Source of the DNA: Myxococcota bacterium
GTDB lineage: Bacteria > Myxococcota_A > Polyangia > Fen-1088
Direction: 5' to 3'
Assembly (NCBI GenBank): GCA_046734815.1
Contig: JBKPRZ010000179.1
Location: 1,960-65,959 of the forward strand
Length of the DNA stretch: 64,000 bases
Shown here: piece by piece, positions 55,337-64,000 of the stretch
Numbering within the stretch: position 1 is the stretch's first letter
Layout: each line of letters starts with the position of its first letter
Program-made: the position numbers and the translations under genes
The notes under the pieces: generated by a model
What the model was told of the DNA's origin: nothing
Databases searched by the model: none
What the model saw: only the letters and a program-made list of their open reading frames with translations

Positions 55337-56742
55337 CTGGGCCTCGATGCTCGGGCGGCGACGAGGGCGGCGTCAAGCACCGGGTCGCGCCCGGTCAGCA
55401 GCGCCGAGCGGGTCTCGACCACCCGGCGGTCGGGCTGCACCCCGCGGCCCTCCAGCAACACGCCCTTGGGCGTGCGGAAGTCGGCCACCACGTACTGGAT
55501 CACCGCTCCGCCCGGCAGGGCCTCCACCTGCGAGGGCAGGACCGCGCCCAGGGAAGTGTCGCCCACCACCACCGCCCGGCCCGCCTCCTTCAACCCGGCC
55601 GCGAAGATCTCGGCGGTCGAGGCGGTCCCCTCGTCGGTGATGATCACCAGCGCACCGGTGAACGGCTTGACCCCCAGGGGCGGCGTGGCGGTGAACACCT
55701 GATTGAATTCCCGGAACTGCAGGGTGCCCAGGGTGATGGCCCGGTCGGTGAGGCGGGCGGCGATCGGGATGGCCACCGCGCCCTGACCGCCGGGGTTGCC
55801 GCGCAGGTCGATCACGACCGCCCTGGTCTTGCGCGTCCGGAAGCCGTCGATCGCGCTCTGCACCCGCGGCAGCACCCCTTCGCTGAGGAACAGGTTGAAG
55901 GCGAGCACGCCGATGTCCCCCACCTGCGAGACCCGCACCTCCGGATACAGCGGCGGCAACAGGCCCAGCTTCACCGGTTTCTCGGCGGGAACCTCCCGCT
56001 CCAGCACCACCTGACCCGGCCGATCCTGGGCGTCGAGGTATTTCACCGTCACGCGGGTGCCGGCCGGTCCGGTCAGCCGGCGCGCCGCCGCCACCCGGGC
56101 ATAGAAGCGCTCTTCCACCGGACGCAGGGGCCGCCCGCCGCGCGGCTTGGTGGCCACCTCCCAGCCGCCGATGTGGGTCACGATGAACCCGGGTCGCAGC
56201 CCGGCCCGCTCGGCCGGCGACTCCGGGCGGACCCAGCTGATGGTCGGGCGCCCCTCGATGATCCGCAGGACGAAGCCGGGATCGGCCTCGCCACCCGCCG
56301 ACGGAGGCGCGTCGGGGTCGAAGGCCGGGCTGGGGGGCGCGCCCGGGCCCGCCACCTCGAGGTGCGACTGCCCCAGCTCGCCCAGCATCTGGTTCATCAA
56401 CCGGTAGAAGGTCGCCGCGTCGGGCGCCGCCAGCGCCAGCGGCTCGTAGCGGGCGCGCACGGCGTTCCAGTCCAGCCCGCCCAGCGTCTTGTCGAAATGC
56501 TTGTCTCGCACCAGGGTCCAGGCGCCCTCGAAGATGGCCTGCCGGGTCTGCCGCTCGGCCGAGCGCGCGTCGTTGCCCGGGGCGGCCGGGGCCGACTGGG
56601 GCAGGGGCGGCGGAACGACACCCGCCGCCGCCGCGGGATCGGGAGGCGGCGGCGCGGCGGTTACGGGCGCAGCCGCGCGGCTGGCACAGGCCAGCGCGAC
56701 GGCGGTGCAGAGCAAGAGGGGGAGCCCAGGCGGTCGAAGCAT
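55333..56742 (-). CDS. S41 family peptidase (C-terminal processing/tail-specific type) with signal peptide
   Basis: Start at MLRPPGLPLLL. PDZ-like segment. VVIDLRGNPGGQG and IITDEGTASTAEIFAAGLK catalytic-core motifs. Confidence 0.9.
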   Translation of the reverse strand: MLRPPGLPLLLCTAVALACASRAAAPVTAAPPPPDPAAAAGVVPPPLPQSAPAAPGNDARSAERQTRQAIFEGAWTLVRDKHFDKTLGGLDWNAVRARYEPLALAAPDAATFYRLMNQMLGELGQSHLEVAGPGAPPSPAFDPDAPPSAGGEADPGFVLRIIEGRPTISWVRPESPAERAGLRPGFIVTHIGGWEVATKPRGGRPLRPVEERFYARVAAARRLTGPAGTRVTVKYLDAQDRPGQVVLEREVPAEKPVKLGLLPPLYPEVRVSQVGDIGVLAFNLFLSEGVLPRVQSAIDGFRTRKTRAVVIDLRGNPGGQGAVAIPIAARLTDRAITLGTLQFREFNQVFTATPPLGVKPFTGALVIITDEGTASTAEIFAAGLKEAGRAVVVGDTSLGAVLPSQVEALPGGAVIQYVVADFRTPKGVLLEGRGVQPDRRVVETRSALLTGRDPVLDAALVAARASRPR

Positions 56743-56752
56743 CGCTACAAGC

Positions 56753-58045
56753 TTACAGGCTATCGGCCACGGCGGCGCCCGCCCGCGCACCCGCCTCGGC
56801 GGCAGCCTGCGGACCGACGTAACCGGTGACGTCGCCGGCGGCGTACACCCCGGGCGCGCAGCCGCCGTCGGCGGCCGTCACCACCCGGAAACCGCCCGCC
56901 TCGGGATCGAACCGCACGGCGGCGCCGTGCTGGCGCGGAAGCTCGGAGGCGGGCGCCGGCAGCGCGCCCATGGCGAACACGTCGCGGGCGAGGTCGAGGC
57001 GGGGCAGGGCGCCGGCCTCGCAGCGGCTGACCTCCACCTCCAGCTGCTCGAGCGCACGCGCCAGCCGATCCAGGTAAGCCGGGGCGCGCTCGACCGGATG
57101 CACGATCACCACGCGCCGGCCCGGACGCACGCCCCAGCGAAACGCCAGGCGCCCCACCGCGCGCGCGGCCAGGATGCCTGGACGGTCGGCGTCGGCAAGG
57201 GGCAGGTTCTGATCGTAAGCCCCGGTCGTGTACAGGAACCGCCGGGCCGAGATCCGCGCCAGCCCCGAGGGTCGACTGACCGCCAGCAGCCCCGGCGGGC
57301 CATCCACCGCCGGCCGCGTGCTGACGTCCTCGGGGAAGTGGCCGATCGCCGTCGCCGACGACCACAGCCGCGCGCCGGCCCGGATGGCTTCGTCTGCCCG
57401 CGCGCGCCCCAGCGCCCAGCCTCCCGGCTCGGCCAGCAGCGATCCGCCGGGAGCGTCCTGATCGTCCACCACCAGCGGCTGCAGCCCGGGCCGCCGCTCC
57501 GCCGCCGCCCGAGCGGCCGCCAGCCCGGCCGGTCCCGCACCGACGATGCACAGGTCGACCGTCTCGTCCTCGATGGCGGGCAGCTCCTCGGCCGGCTGGT
57601 CGGGCAGGTTCCCGCTGCCGCCCATCTGCCGCACCACCTTGACGAACAGCTCGTTGGCCAGGCGGTTGCTGGTCATCAGCTCGTGATGGTCCATGCCGCG
57701 TGGAAACAGCCAGTCCGCCGCCCGCAACACATCCAGATCCGGATCCGGGAAGGCATTTTGCCGCTCGCAACGCAGCTCCGGCCGCGCGGCCGCCACACAC
57801 GAGCGCAGGTTGGGACGCCCGTCGATGCGCAGAAGGCAGGAGGCGCAATGCCCGCTGGCGCAGAACAGCCCCCGTGGCCGGTGGTACTTGGGCGAGCGGG
57901 CCAGCAGCCGGATGCCGGCCGCGAACAGCGCCACCGCCACCGGCTCGCCCTGGTGCGCCCGCACCGGCTGACCCTCGAGCTCGATGTGGATGGCGGGGCC
58001 GCGGGGCTGGGCGGGCGGCAGGGTGCGCAGGTCGTCCAAGCTCAA
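56753..58045 (-). CDS. oxidoreductase with N-terminal 2Fe-2S (Fer2_4-like) domain and FAD/NAD(P) pyridine-nucleotide-disulfide fold (HcnB/OoxA/SoxA-N-like alpha subunit)
   Basis: 430 aa. IHIELEGQPVRAHQGEPV...LFCASGHCASCLLRIDG. DLCIVGAGPAGLAAARAAA. VYAAGDVTG. TTG start overlaps the deaminase stop (TTGA). Confidence 0.85.
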   Translation of the reverse strand: MSLDDLRTLPPAQPRGPAIHIELEGQPVRAHQGEPVAVALFAAGIRLLARSPKYHRPRGLFCASGHCASCLLRIDGRPNLRSCVAAARPELRCERQNAFPDPDLDVLRAADWLFPRGMDHHELMTSNRLANELFVKVVRQMGGSGNLPDQPAEELPAIEDETVDLCIVGAGPAGLAAARAAAERRPGLQPLVVDDQDAPGGSLLAEPGGWALGRARADEAIRAGARLWSSATAIGHFPEDVSTRPAVDGPPGLLAVSRPSGLARISARRFLYTTGAYDQNLPLADADRPGILAARAVGRLAFRWGVRPGRRVVIVHPVERAPAYLDRLARALEQLEVEVSRCEAGALPRLDLARDVFAMGALPAPASELPRQHGAAVRFDPEAGGFRVVTAADGGCAPGVYAAGDVTGYVGPQAAAEAGARAGAAVADSL

Positions 58046-58524
58046 TACCTCGTCCGCCCCGGCAGCGTCTGCCAGATCCGGAACGGCTCGTCCGGACCGG
58101 GCACGGCGATCCGCCGCAGCGGCAGCCGCCGCGCCTCCACCGGCCGGGCCAGCTCTTCATAGATGAAGGCATCGTCGAATCCCGCCTCCGCCGCCTCGGC
58201 GCGCGTGGCCGCGAAGTACACCGCCCGCGGCCGCGCCCAGTACAGCGCCCCCAGGCACATCGGGCACGGTTCGCAGCTGGCGTACACGTCGCAGCCGTCC
58301 AGCTGGAACTTGCCGCGGGCCGCGCAGGCGGCGCGGATCGCCTGCACCTCGGCGTGGGCGGTGGGGTCGTTGCGCCCGACCACCTCGTTGTGACAGGCGG
58401 CCAGCACCCGGTCCCCCTCCACCACCACCGCCCCGAAGGGCCCGCCGTGTCCGCCGCGCGCGCCCGCGACGCCGACGTCCATCGCCTGGCGCAGGAACCG
58501 CACGTGCTCGGCGTCGTCGCTCAC
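58042..58524 (-). CDS. nucleoside/guanine deaminase (CDA superfamily)
   Basis: 160 aa with zinc motifs TAHAEVQAI and SCEPCPMCLGAL. Confidence 0.9.
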   Translation of the reverse strand: MSDDAEHVRFLRQAMDVGVAGARGGHGGPFGAVVVEGDRVLAACHNEVVGRNDPTAHAEVQAIRAACAARGKFQLDGCDVYASCEPCPMCLGALYWARPRAVYFAATRAEAAEAGFDDAFIYEELARPVEARRLPLRRIAVPGPDEPFRIWQTLPGRTRY

Positions 58525-59264
58525 CGGATCTCCTCCCCGCCCCGGGTGCGCTCGCCGAAGATCGCCGTCCCCACCCGCACCAGGGTCGCGCCCTCGGCGA
58601 CCGCCACCTCGAGGTCGTGGCTCATACCCATCGACAGCTCGCGCAGGTCGACGCCCGACCGCGCCGCCCCCGCCTCCCGGTCGCGCAGCTGGCGCAGGGC
58701 CTGGAAGTGCACGCGGCCGGCTTCCGGGTCCTCGGTCAGCGGCGGTATCAGCATCAACCCCACGCAGCGCAGGTGCGGAAAGTCGCCGAACCGGTCGAGC
58801 AGGGCGCCGAGCGCCGCCGGTGCCACCCCATGTTTCTGCGCCTCACCCGCCACGTTGACCTGCACCAGGCATTCTTGCACAGCCGGGGCCCCGGCGATTC
58901 GCCGTTCGGTCTCGGCCAGCAGCGCGGGATCATCGATCGTATGGATGAGGGCCACCTTGCCGGCCAGGTACTTGACCTTGTTGCTCTGGATGGGTCCGAT
59001 GTAATGCCAGCGCGGCCCGCGGTCGGGATCGCCCGTCCGGGCCGCCGCCACCGCCGTCCGCTTGTCCCGCAGCTCCTGGGCATAGTTCTCACCGAAGTCG
59101 ACCTGTCCGGCATCCATCGCCGCCAGCACGTCCTCGGCAGGCTTGGTCTTGCTGACCGCCACCAGCCGCACCGATCCCGCCGCGCGCCCCGCCGCCCGCT
59201 CGGCCCGGGCCAGGCGCTCGCGCACACGCCCCAGGTTCTCGGCGATCTCCTGCGCGCGGGTCAT
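58521..59264 (-). CDS. yggS: YggS-family pyridoxal-phosphate homeostasis protein
   Basis: Start at MTRAQEI (ATGA overlap with maf). [29 protein letters not shown]. Confidence 0.9.
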   Translation of the reverse strand: MTRAQEIAENLGRVRERLARAERAAGRAAGSVRLVAVSKTKPAEDVLAAMDAGQVDFGENYAQELRDKRTAVAAARTGDPDRGPRWHYIGPIQSNKVKYLAGKVALIHTIDDPALLAETERRIAGAPAVQECLVQVNVAGEAQKHGVAPAALGALLDRFGDFPHLRCVGLMLIPPLTEDPEAGRVHFQALRQLRDREAGAARSGVDLRELSMGMSHDLEVAVAEGATLVRVGTAIFGERTRGGEEIR

Positions 59265-59890
59265 GCGCCCACCACCCCGAAGCCGGGCCGCGGCCAGCCC
59301 GCAAGCGCCCCCAGCGCGCGCAGGTCCGCCACCACCTCGGCCAGCGGCAGGCCGACCACGTTCGTGAACGAGCCCCGCACCTCGCCCGCGAACAGCCCGG
59401 CAATGCCCTGGATGGCGTAGGCGCCGGCCTTGCCCTGCCACTCGCCCGATTCGATGTAGGCGGCCAGCTCTTCCGACGCCAGCAGCCGGAACTTCACCGT
59501 GGTGGTCACCGCCCGCTCGGCCGCCGCCTCCCGGTGCTGGATCCGGTAGGCGGTGATCACCTCGTGGCTTCGCCCCGCCAGCTGCTCCAGCATCGCCCGC
59601 GCGTCCTGCGCGTCGGCCGGCTTGCCGAGGATCCGCCGGTCGACGACCACGATCGTGTCGGCGGCGAGCACCGGCGCCGCCGCCAACTCGCCGGGCAGCC
59701 GGGCATGGACCGCCTGGGCCTTCTCCCCCGCCATCCGGCGGGCGTACTCCAGCGGCTTCTCCTCGGGCCGCGGGGTCTCGTCGATCTCGGCGGGGACGAT
59801 CTGCAGGCGCAGGCCGATCCGGCCCAGCAGCTCCGCCCGGCGGGGGGAGGCGGAGGCCAGCACCAGATCGATCGGTACGGCGGAAGTCAC
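59261..59890 (-). CDS. maf: Maf-like nucleoside triphosphate pyrophosphatase
   Basis: GTG 59890. [25 protein letters not shown]. The track ORF extends spuriously to 60160. Confidence 0.9.
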   Translation of the reverse strand: MTSAVPIDLVLASASPRRAELLGRIGLRLQIVPAEIDETPRPEEKPLEYARRMAGEKAQAVHARLPGELAAAPVLAADTIVVVDRRILGKPADAQDARAMLEQLAGRSHEVITAYRIQHREAAAERAVTTTVKFRLLASEELAAYIESGEWQGKAGAYAIQGIAGLFAGEVRGSFTNVVGLPLAEVVADLRALGALAGWPRPGFGVVGA

Positions 59891-59930
59891 GCCGCGATCT
59901 CTAGCCGCTTTTGGCCCGCCCGTCGAACCC

Positions 59931-60536
59931 TCACCGGTCCAGCACGAACAGCGAGCGGGCGAACGGCTGCCACACCGACCGACACCACCGTGACAGCGGC
60001 TGCACGTGGGCGGGCCGCAACCCCAGCAACCCGAACAGACGCGTCCACTCGGCCACGTCGAGGAACCCGAACCGCTCGCGGCTGCCCACCCGGCGGCGGA
60101 ATCGAGCCCCGTGGCACCAGCTGGCGATCCGGTCGAAGCCGCTGCGGGGCGTGTCCTCAAGCACGATCACCCGCCGCCGGGCCACCCGCCGGGCCTCCGC
60201 CAGCAGCAGGGGTTTGTGGACATCGGGCACGTGGTGCAGGACGAACGCGAACAGCAACACGTCGAAGCGTCCGTCGGGAAACGGCAGGCGCAGGCCATCG
60301 AACAGGGCGAAGCGGGGGGTGGGCACCTGGCGGAAGTCGCCCACGTCCACCGCCTGCACCTCGCCCGCAAAGCGCGCGGCCAGCCCGGCGGTGACGTGCC
60401 CCGCACCGCAGCCGACGTCGAGCAGCGAGCCGGCGCCCGCCAGCTGCGGCTCGACAAGGGACAGGGTGTGCGCGGTCTCTTTCTCGACGGTGCGGGAGCG
60501 AGACCGCGGCGTGGGCATGGGGCAGCACCATTGCAA
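59931..60536 (-). CDS. class I SAM-dependent methyltransferase
   Basis: LLDVGCGAGHVTAGLA (motif I), FDVLLFAFVLHHV. Alternative start at ATG 60518. Confidence 0.75.
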   Translation of the reverse strand: MQWCCPMPTPRSRSRTVEKETAHTLSLVEPQLAGAGSLLDVGCGAGHVTAGLAARFAGEVQAVDVGDFRQVPTPRFALFDGLRLPFPDGRFDVLLFAFVLHHVPDVHKPLLLAEARRVARRRVIVLEDTPRSGFDRIASWCHGARFRRRVGSRERFGFLDVAEWTRLFGLLGLRPAHVQPLSRWCRSVWQPFARSLFVLDR

Positions 60537-60648
60537 CTCAGGTGCCCGCCCTGACGCCGGCTTTCCGGTTCGCCGATGCGAGCGCCGGCGTCCAGGATTC
60601 GACAGCAGGCAACGCGCAACCGCGCGCGCCTTTCACCGACAACCGGAC

Positions 60649-61530
60649 ATGTCTCGCGCCCGGGCGGCGCTGGCGGGCGCGCTGCTCGCCGCCGGTTGCC
60701 TGCCGGACACCCATCTCACCGACGAGCGGCCCGCGCTCCCCGGCGTCATGCCGCCGTCGGCGCCCGTGCCCGATGACCAGCCGCCTCACCTGGGCGAGCT
60801 CGCGCTCACCCTGGCGGGCGACTGTCTGCGCCTGCGCGTGATCAGCGACAAGCCCGCCACCGCGACGGTCACCCTGCGCACCGCCAGCGCCAGCGAGACC
60901 TGGCCGCTGGGCAGCGGCGCCACGCTGTTCGATGTGGCCCTCCGCCCGGAACGCCTGACGCCGGGCGACCCCGCCACGGCGGTGGTGGTGGCGGAGGATG
61001 CCGACGGCCGCCGCTCCGATCCGTCGCCGCCGGCCGAGCTCCGTGTGCCACCCAGGCCGTCGCCCCTGGCCATCACCGAGCTGATGATCAACCCGGTGGG
61101 AACGGAGGCCTCGCAGGAGTACGTCGAGATCCGCAACCTCGGCGGCGCGCCTTTCCCGCTGGCCGGCGCGCGTCTGGAGGACGACGCCGGCGCCGACGAG
61201 CTGCCCGCCATCGAGCTTGCACCCGGCGCCACCGCGCTGATCGTGCCGGCAAGCTACGATCCGGCCAGCCCCCTCGACACCGCTCCCGCGCCCGATACGC
61301 CGCTTTTACGGGTGGAAGGCCGCCTGGGGCGGGACGGCCTGCGCCAGAGCGGCGAGGTGGTGCGGCTGGTGGCCCGCGACGCGACCGTGCTGTCGAGCTA
61401 CGGCGGCTGGATCGACACCAGCCGCGCCGGCTGGCAGGGCCGCAGCGTGCACCGGGCCCCCGACCCGGCCGCCTGCGATCACCCCCGGTCCTGGTCCGAT
61501 TCTCCACAGCCGCCCACCCCGGGTTGGTAG
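60649..61530 (+). CDS. lipoprotein with lamin-tail domain (LTD)
   Basis: Internal ATG of track ORF 59911..61530. Signal/lipobox ALLAAGC. LAITELMINPVGTEASQEYVEIRN followed by a beta-rich LTD-like region. Confidence 0.75.
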   Translation: MSRARAALAGALLAAGCLPDTHLTDERPALPGVMPPSAPVPDDQPPHLGELALTLAGDCLRLRVISDKPATATVTLRTASASETWPLGSGATLFDVALRPERLTPGDPATAVVVAEDADGRRSDPSPPAELRVPPRPSPLAITELMINPVGTEASQEYVEIRNLGGAPFPLAGARLEDDAGADELPAIELAPGATALIVPASYDPASPLDTAPAPDTPLLRVEGRLGRDGLRQSGEVVRLVARDATVLSSYGGWIDTSRAGWQGRSVHRAPDPAACDHPRSWSDSPQPPTPGW

Positions 61531-61563
61531 CTGGCCCCCTCGGATAGTGGTAGTTAGTAGACG

Positions 61564-62313
61564 ATGTCCGGCCACAATCGCTGGTCCAAGATCAAGCACA
61601 AGAAGGAGGCGACCTCGGCCAAGAAGTCCAAGCTGTGGACCAAGCTGATCAAGGAGATCACGGTGTCGGCGCGGCTGGGCGGCGGGGACGCCGGCGGCAA
61701 CCCCCGCCTGCGCACCGCCGTCGACAAGGCCAAGACGCAAAACATGCCGAACGACACCATCGACCGGGCGATCAAGAAGGGCACCGGCGAGTTCGGGGAC
61801 GTCAATTACGAGGAGTTCACCTACGAGGTCTTCGGCCCCGGCGGCGCGGCCATCCTGGTCGAGATCATGACCGACAACCGCAACCGCACCGCCAGCGAGA
61901 TCCGCAACCTGCTCACCCGCAACGGAGGCAACCTGGGCGCCTCCGGCTCGGTGGCCTGGATGTTCAAGAAGCAGGGATTGATCGTGTACGAGAAGGGCGC
62001 GGTCGACGAGAACAAGGTGACCGACGCCGCCATCGAGCTCGGCGCCGAGGACGTCCGCGACGAGGGTGACAGCTTGCTGGTCATGACCGAGCCCGCGGAC
62101 TTCGAACGGGTGCGCGATGGCCTCAAGGGCGCCGGGCTGCCGGCGCCGGCTTCGGCCGAGGTGACCCTGCACCCCCAGAACACCGTTCGCCTGACCGGCA
62201 AGGATGCCGACACCGTCCTCAAGCTGATCGACGTCCTCGAGGACCACGACGACATCCAGAACGTCTACTCGAACCTCGAGGTGGACGAGTCGCAGGTTGT
62301 CAGCGCCGGTTAG
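61564..62313 (+). CDS. yebC: YebC/PmpR family DNA-binding transcriptional regulator
   Basis: 249 aa. [14 protein letters not shown]..., [14 protein letters not shown]. Confidence 0.95.
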   Translation: MSGHNRWSKIKHKKEATSAKKSKLWTKLIKEITVSARLGGGDAGGNPRLRTAVDKAKTQNMPNDTIDRAIKKGTGEFGDVNYEEFTYEVFGPGGAAILVEIMTDNRNRTASEIRNLLTRNGGNLGASGSVAWMFKKQGLIVYEKGAVDENKVTDAAIELGAEDVRDEGDSLLVMTEPADFERVRDGLKGAGLPAPASAEVTLHPQNTVRLTGKDADTVLKLIDVLEDHDDIQNVYSNLEVDESQVVSAG

Positions 62314-62329
62314 GTCCGCGGAGGGGCGG

Positions 62330-62845
62330 GTGCGGATCCTGGGGCTGGACCCGGGGACCCTGCGGCTCGGCTACGGCGTCATCGACCACCGGGGACCGGG
62401 CCGCCACGACTACGTCGACTGCGGCGTGCTCAGCGCGCCCGCGCGGGCCCCGCGCGAGGCGCGGCTCTTGACCATCGGACGCGACCTGCGCGAGCTTCTG
62501 CTGGAGATCGAGCCCGACGTGGTGGCGATGGAGCAGGCCTTCTACGGCAAGAACGTGCAGGCGACCCTGGCCCTGGGTGAGGCGCGCGGCGTGGCCCTGT
62601 TCGTGGCCCAGGAGCAGGGGCTGGCTCCGGTTGGTTATCCACCGGCGCGGGTCAAGCAGGTGGTCACCGGCCGCGGCGCGGCCAGCAAGGTGCAGATCGG
62701 GTTCTTCGTCCGCGCGCTGCTGAAGTTGCGGCGCACGCCGTCCCCCGACGCCGCGGACGCGCTGGCCATCGCTCTCTGCCACGCCCGCCTGCAGCGGATG
62801 GGTCAGGCGCTCGCGCGGTCGAGCGCCGGGATGCGGCTGCCGTGA
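62330..62845 (+). CDS. ruvC: crossover junction endodeoxyribonuclease RuvC
   Basis: GTG 62330. RILGLDPGTLRLGYGVI, MEQAFYGKN, DAADALAIALCHA. Confidence 0.9.
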   Translation: MRILGLDPGTLRLGYGVIDHRGPGRHDYVDCGVLSAPARAPREARLLTIGRDLRELLLEIEPDVVAMEQAFYGKNVQATLALGEARGVALFVAQEQGLAPVGYPPARVKQVVTGRGAASKVQIGFFVRALLKLRRTPSPDAADALAIALCHARLQRMGQALARSSAGMRLP

Positions 62846-63456
62846 TCGCGCACCTGCGCGGGCGCCTGGTAGAACGCGCCGCCGACGCCGTGGTGATCGA
62901 CGTGGCGGGTGTGGGCTACGCGGTGACCATCACCGCCGGCGCCTTCCGGGCGCTGCCCGCGGCCGGAGCCGAGGTGCAGGTCTACACCTACACACACGCC
63001 GTGCAGGACGGCCCGCTGCAGCTCTACGGTTTCGTGGACCCGGGCGAGCGGCGTCTGTTCGAGGCCCTGCTCTCGGTGCAGGGCGTGGGTCCCAAGGTCG
63101 CGGTGGCCATCCTGTCTGGCCTCTCGACCGCCGATCTGGTGCGGGCCATCGGCGGCGGCGACATCGCCCGCCTGACCCAGATCCGGGGCGTGGGCCGCAA
63201 GATCGCCGAGCGGCTCGCGGTGGAGCTGCGCGACAAGATCGCCGCGCTCGGCGCGGGCGGATCCCGCGACGGGGCGCCGCCCATCGCGGCTGCCGCCTCG
63301 CCCATCCCCTCCGGCCGTCTGGGGGAGGTGCACGGCGCGCTGGTCTCCCTGGGGTACCGCCCGTCCGAATTCGAGGGCGTGCTGGACGGGCTGGATGCCG
63401 AGCAACCGACGCCCGACCTCATCAAGCAGGCGCTGGCCGCGCTGCGGAGGAAGTGA
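62842..63456 (+). CDS. ruvA: Holliday junction branch migration complex subunit RuvA
   Basis: 204 aa. LLSVQGVGPKVA and IRGVGRKIAERL helix-hairpin-helix motifs. GTGA overlap with ruvC. Confidence 0.95.
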   Translation: MIAHLRGRLVERAADAVVIDVAGVGYAVTITAGAFRALPAAGAEVQVYTYTHAVQDGPLQLYGFVDPGERRLFEALLSVQGVGPKVAVAILSGLSTADLVRAIGGGDIARLTQIRGVGRKIAERLAVELRDKIAALGAGGSRDGAPPIAAAASPIPSGRLGEVHGALVSLGYRPSEFEGVLDGLDAEQPTPDLIKQALAALRRK

Positions 63457-64000
63457 GTGGCCCGCAAGCGTCACGACGATGGCCCCGCGCCCCCGCCCGC
63501 CGAGCGCTTGATGGCGCCCCAGGCGGGAGGCGGCGAGAAAGACGAGGACGACGCCGCCCTGCGGCCCCGCACCTTCAGCGAGTTCATCGGCCAGCGCAAG
63601 GTGGCCGAGAACCTGGCGGTCTACGTCTCGGCGGCGCGCAAGCGCAGCGGCACCCTGGACCACGTCTTGCTGTCGGGCCCGCCCGGCCTGGGCAAGACCA
63701 CCCTGGCCCACGTCATTGCCCACGAGCTCGGCACCCAGGCGCGGGTCACCTCCGGCCCGGCGCTGGAGCGCAAGGGCGACCTGGCGGGCATCTTGACCTC
63801 GCTCGGCCGGGGTGACGTGCTGTTCATCGACGAGATCCACCGCCTGAGCCCGGTGGTGGAAGAGAGCCTGTACCCGGCGATGGAGGATTACCGCATCGAG
63901 ATCGTGACCGGGCTGGGCGCCGGCGCCACCGCCATCACCGTCCCGGTCGAGCACTTCACGCTGGTCGGCGCCACCACCCGCACCGGCCAGCTGACCTCAC
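63457..64000 (+). CDS. ruvB: Holliday junction DNA helicase RuvB (5' part; runs off the window)
   Basis: GTG 63457 lies directly after the ruvA stop. The frame is open to the window end (it is absent from the track because there is no stop). [18 protein letters not shown] (Walker A), [10 protein letters not shown] (Walker B). Confidence 0.95.
   Translation, partial: MARKRHDDGPAPPPAERLMAPQAGGGEKDEDDAALRPRTFSEFIGQRKVAENLAVYVSAARKRSGTLDHVLLSGPPGLGKTTLAHVIAHELGTQARVTSGPALERKGDLAGILTSLGRGDVLFIDEIHRLSPVVEESLYPAMEDYRIEIVTGLGAGATAITVPVEHFTLVGATTRTGQLTS

Overview
This is a densely coding, very GC-rich bacterial chromosomal segment. GC was judged by eye, not computed; the many long ORFs on every strand are the expected by-product of that composition. 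I can support about 62 protein-coding genes, one type-A RNase P RNA (minus strand, 11728-12129), one tRNA with a CAT anticodon (minus strand, 13054-13126), and a few promoter and hairpin candidates. I saw no rRNA, CRISPR array, transposase, integrase or prophage. The gene content (two NtrC-type sigma-54 activators, TPR/Kelch/lamin-tail lipoproteins, pervasive 4-nt ATGA/GTGA stop-start overlaps) resembles Myxococcota-like organisms, but that is inference only. Layout: (1) 0-8.2 kb holds miaE, acnA, a histidine kinase plus sigma-54 response regulator with a small tail-anchored protein, and bolA-grxD. (2) 8.2-14.2 kb holds an outer-membrane barrel, uvrA, rnpB, a Zn-ribbon coiled-coil protein, the tRNA and uppP. 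(3) 14.3-34.1 kb is a roughly 20-kb glycan-biosynthesis locus with five glycosyltransferases (one of them GT-C), a flippase, an unclassified polytopic membrane protein, five methyltransferases, a deacetylase, an aminotransferase and a five-gene CDP-sugar operon. (4) 34.2-40.1 kb is housekeeping (birA, nadC, a HAD hydrolase, rsmD, coaD, an aminotransferase) plus a TPR lipoprotein. (5) 40.1-44.9 kb holds an orphan sigma-54 activator next to a SUKH-TPR fusion and two unknown envelope or secreted proteins. (6) 44.9-60.5 kb is one long minus-strand gene string. It contains a Kelch lipoprotein / HEXXH membrane protein / 1246-aa Fe-S flavoprotein / GAF operon, and a heteromeric amine-oxidase-like enzyme whose subunit genes are separated by an S41 peptidase and a secreted protein. 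(7) 60.6-64 kb holds a lamin-tail lipoprotein and yebC-ruvCAB. The best candidates for undescribed biology are the Kelch/HEXXH/giant-flavoprotein/GAF operon, the CDP-linked C-methyl-deoxyhexose operon inside a methyltransferase-rich glycan locus, and the interrupted oxidase locus. All functional calls rest on motif-level recognition of the translated ORFs. No database search was run.
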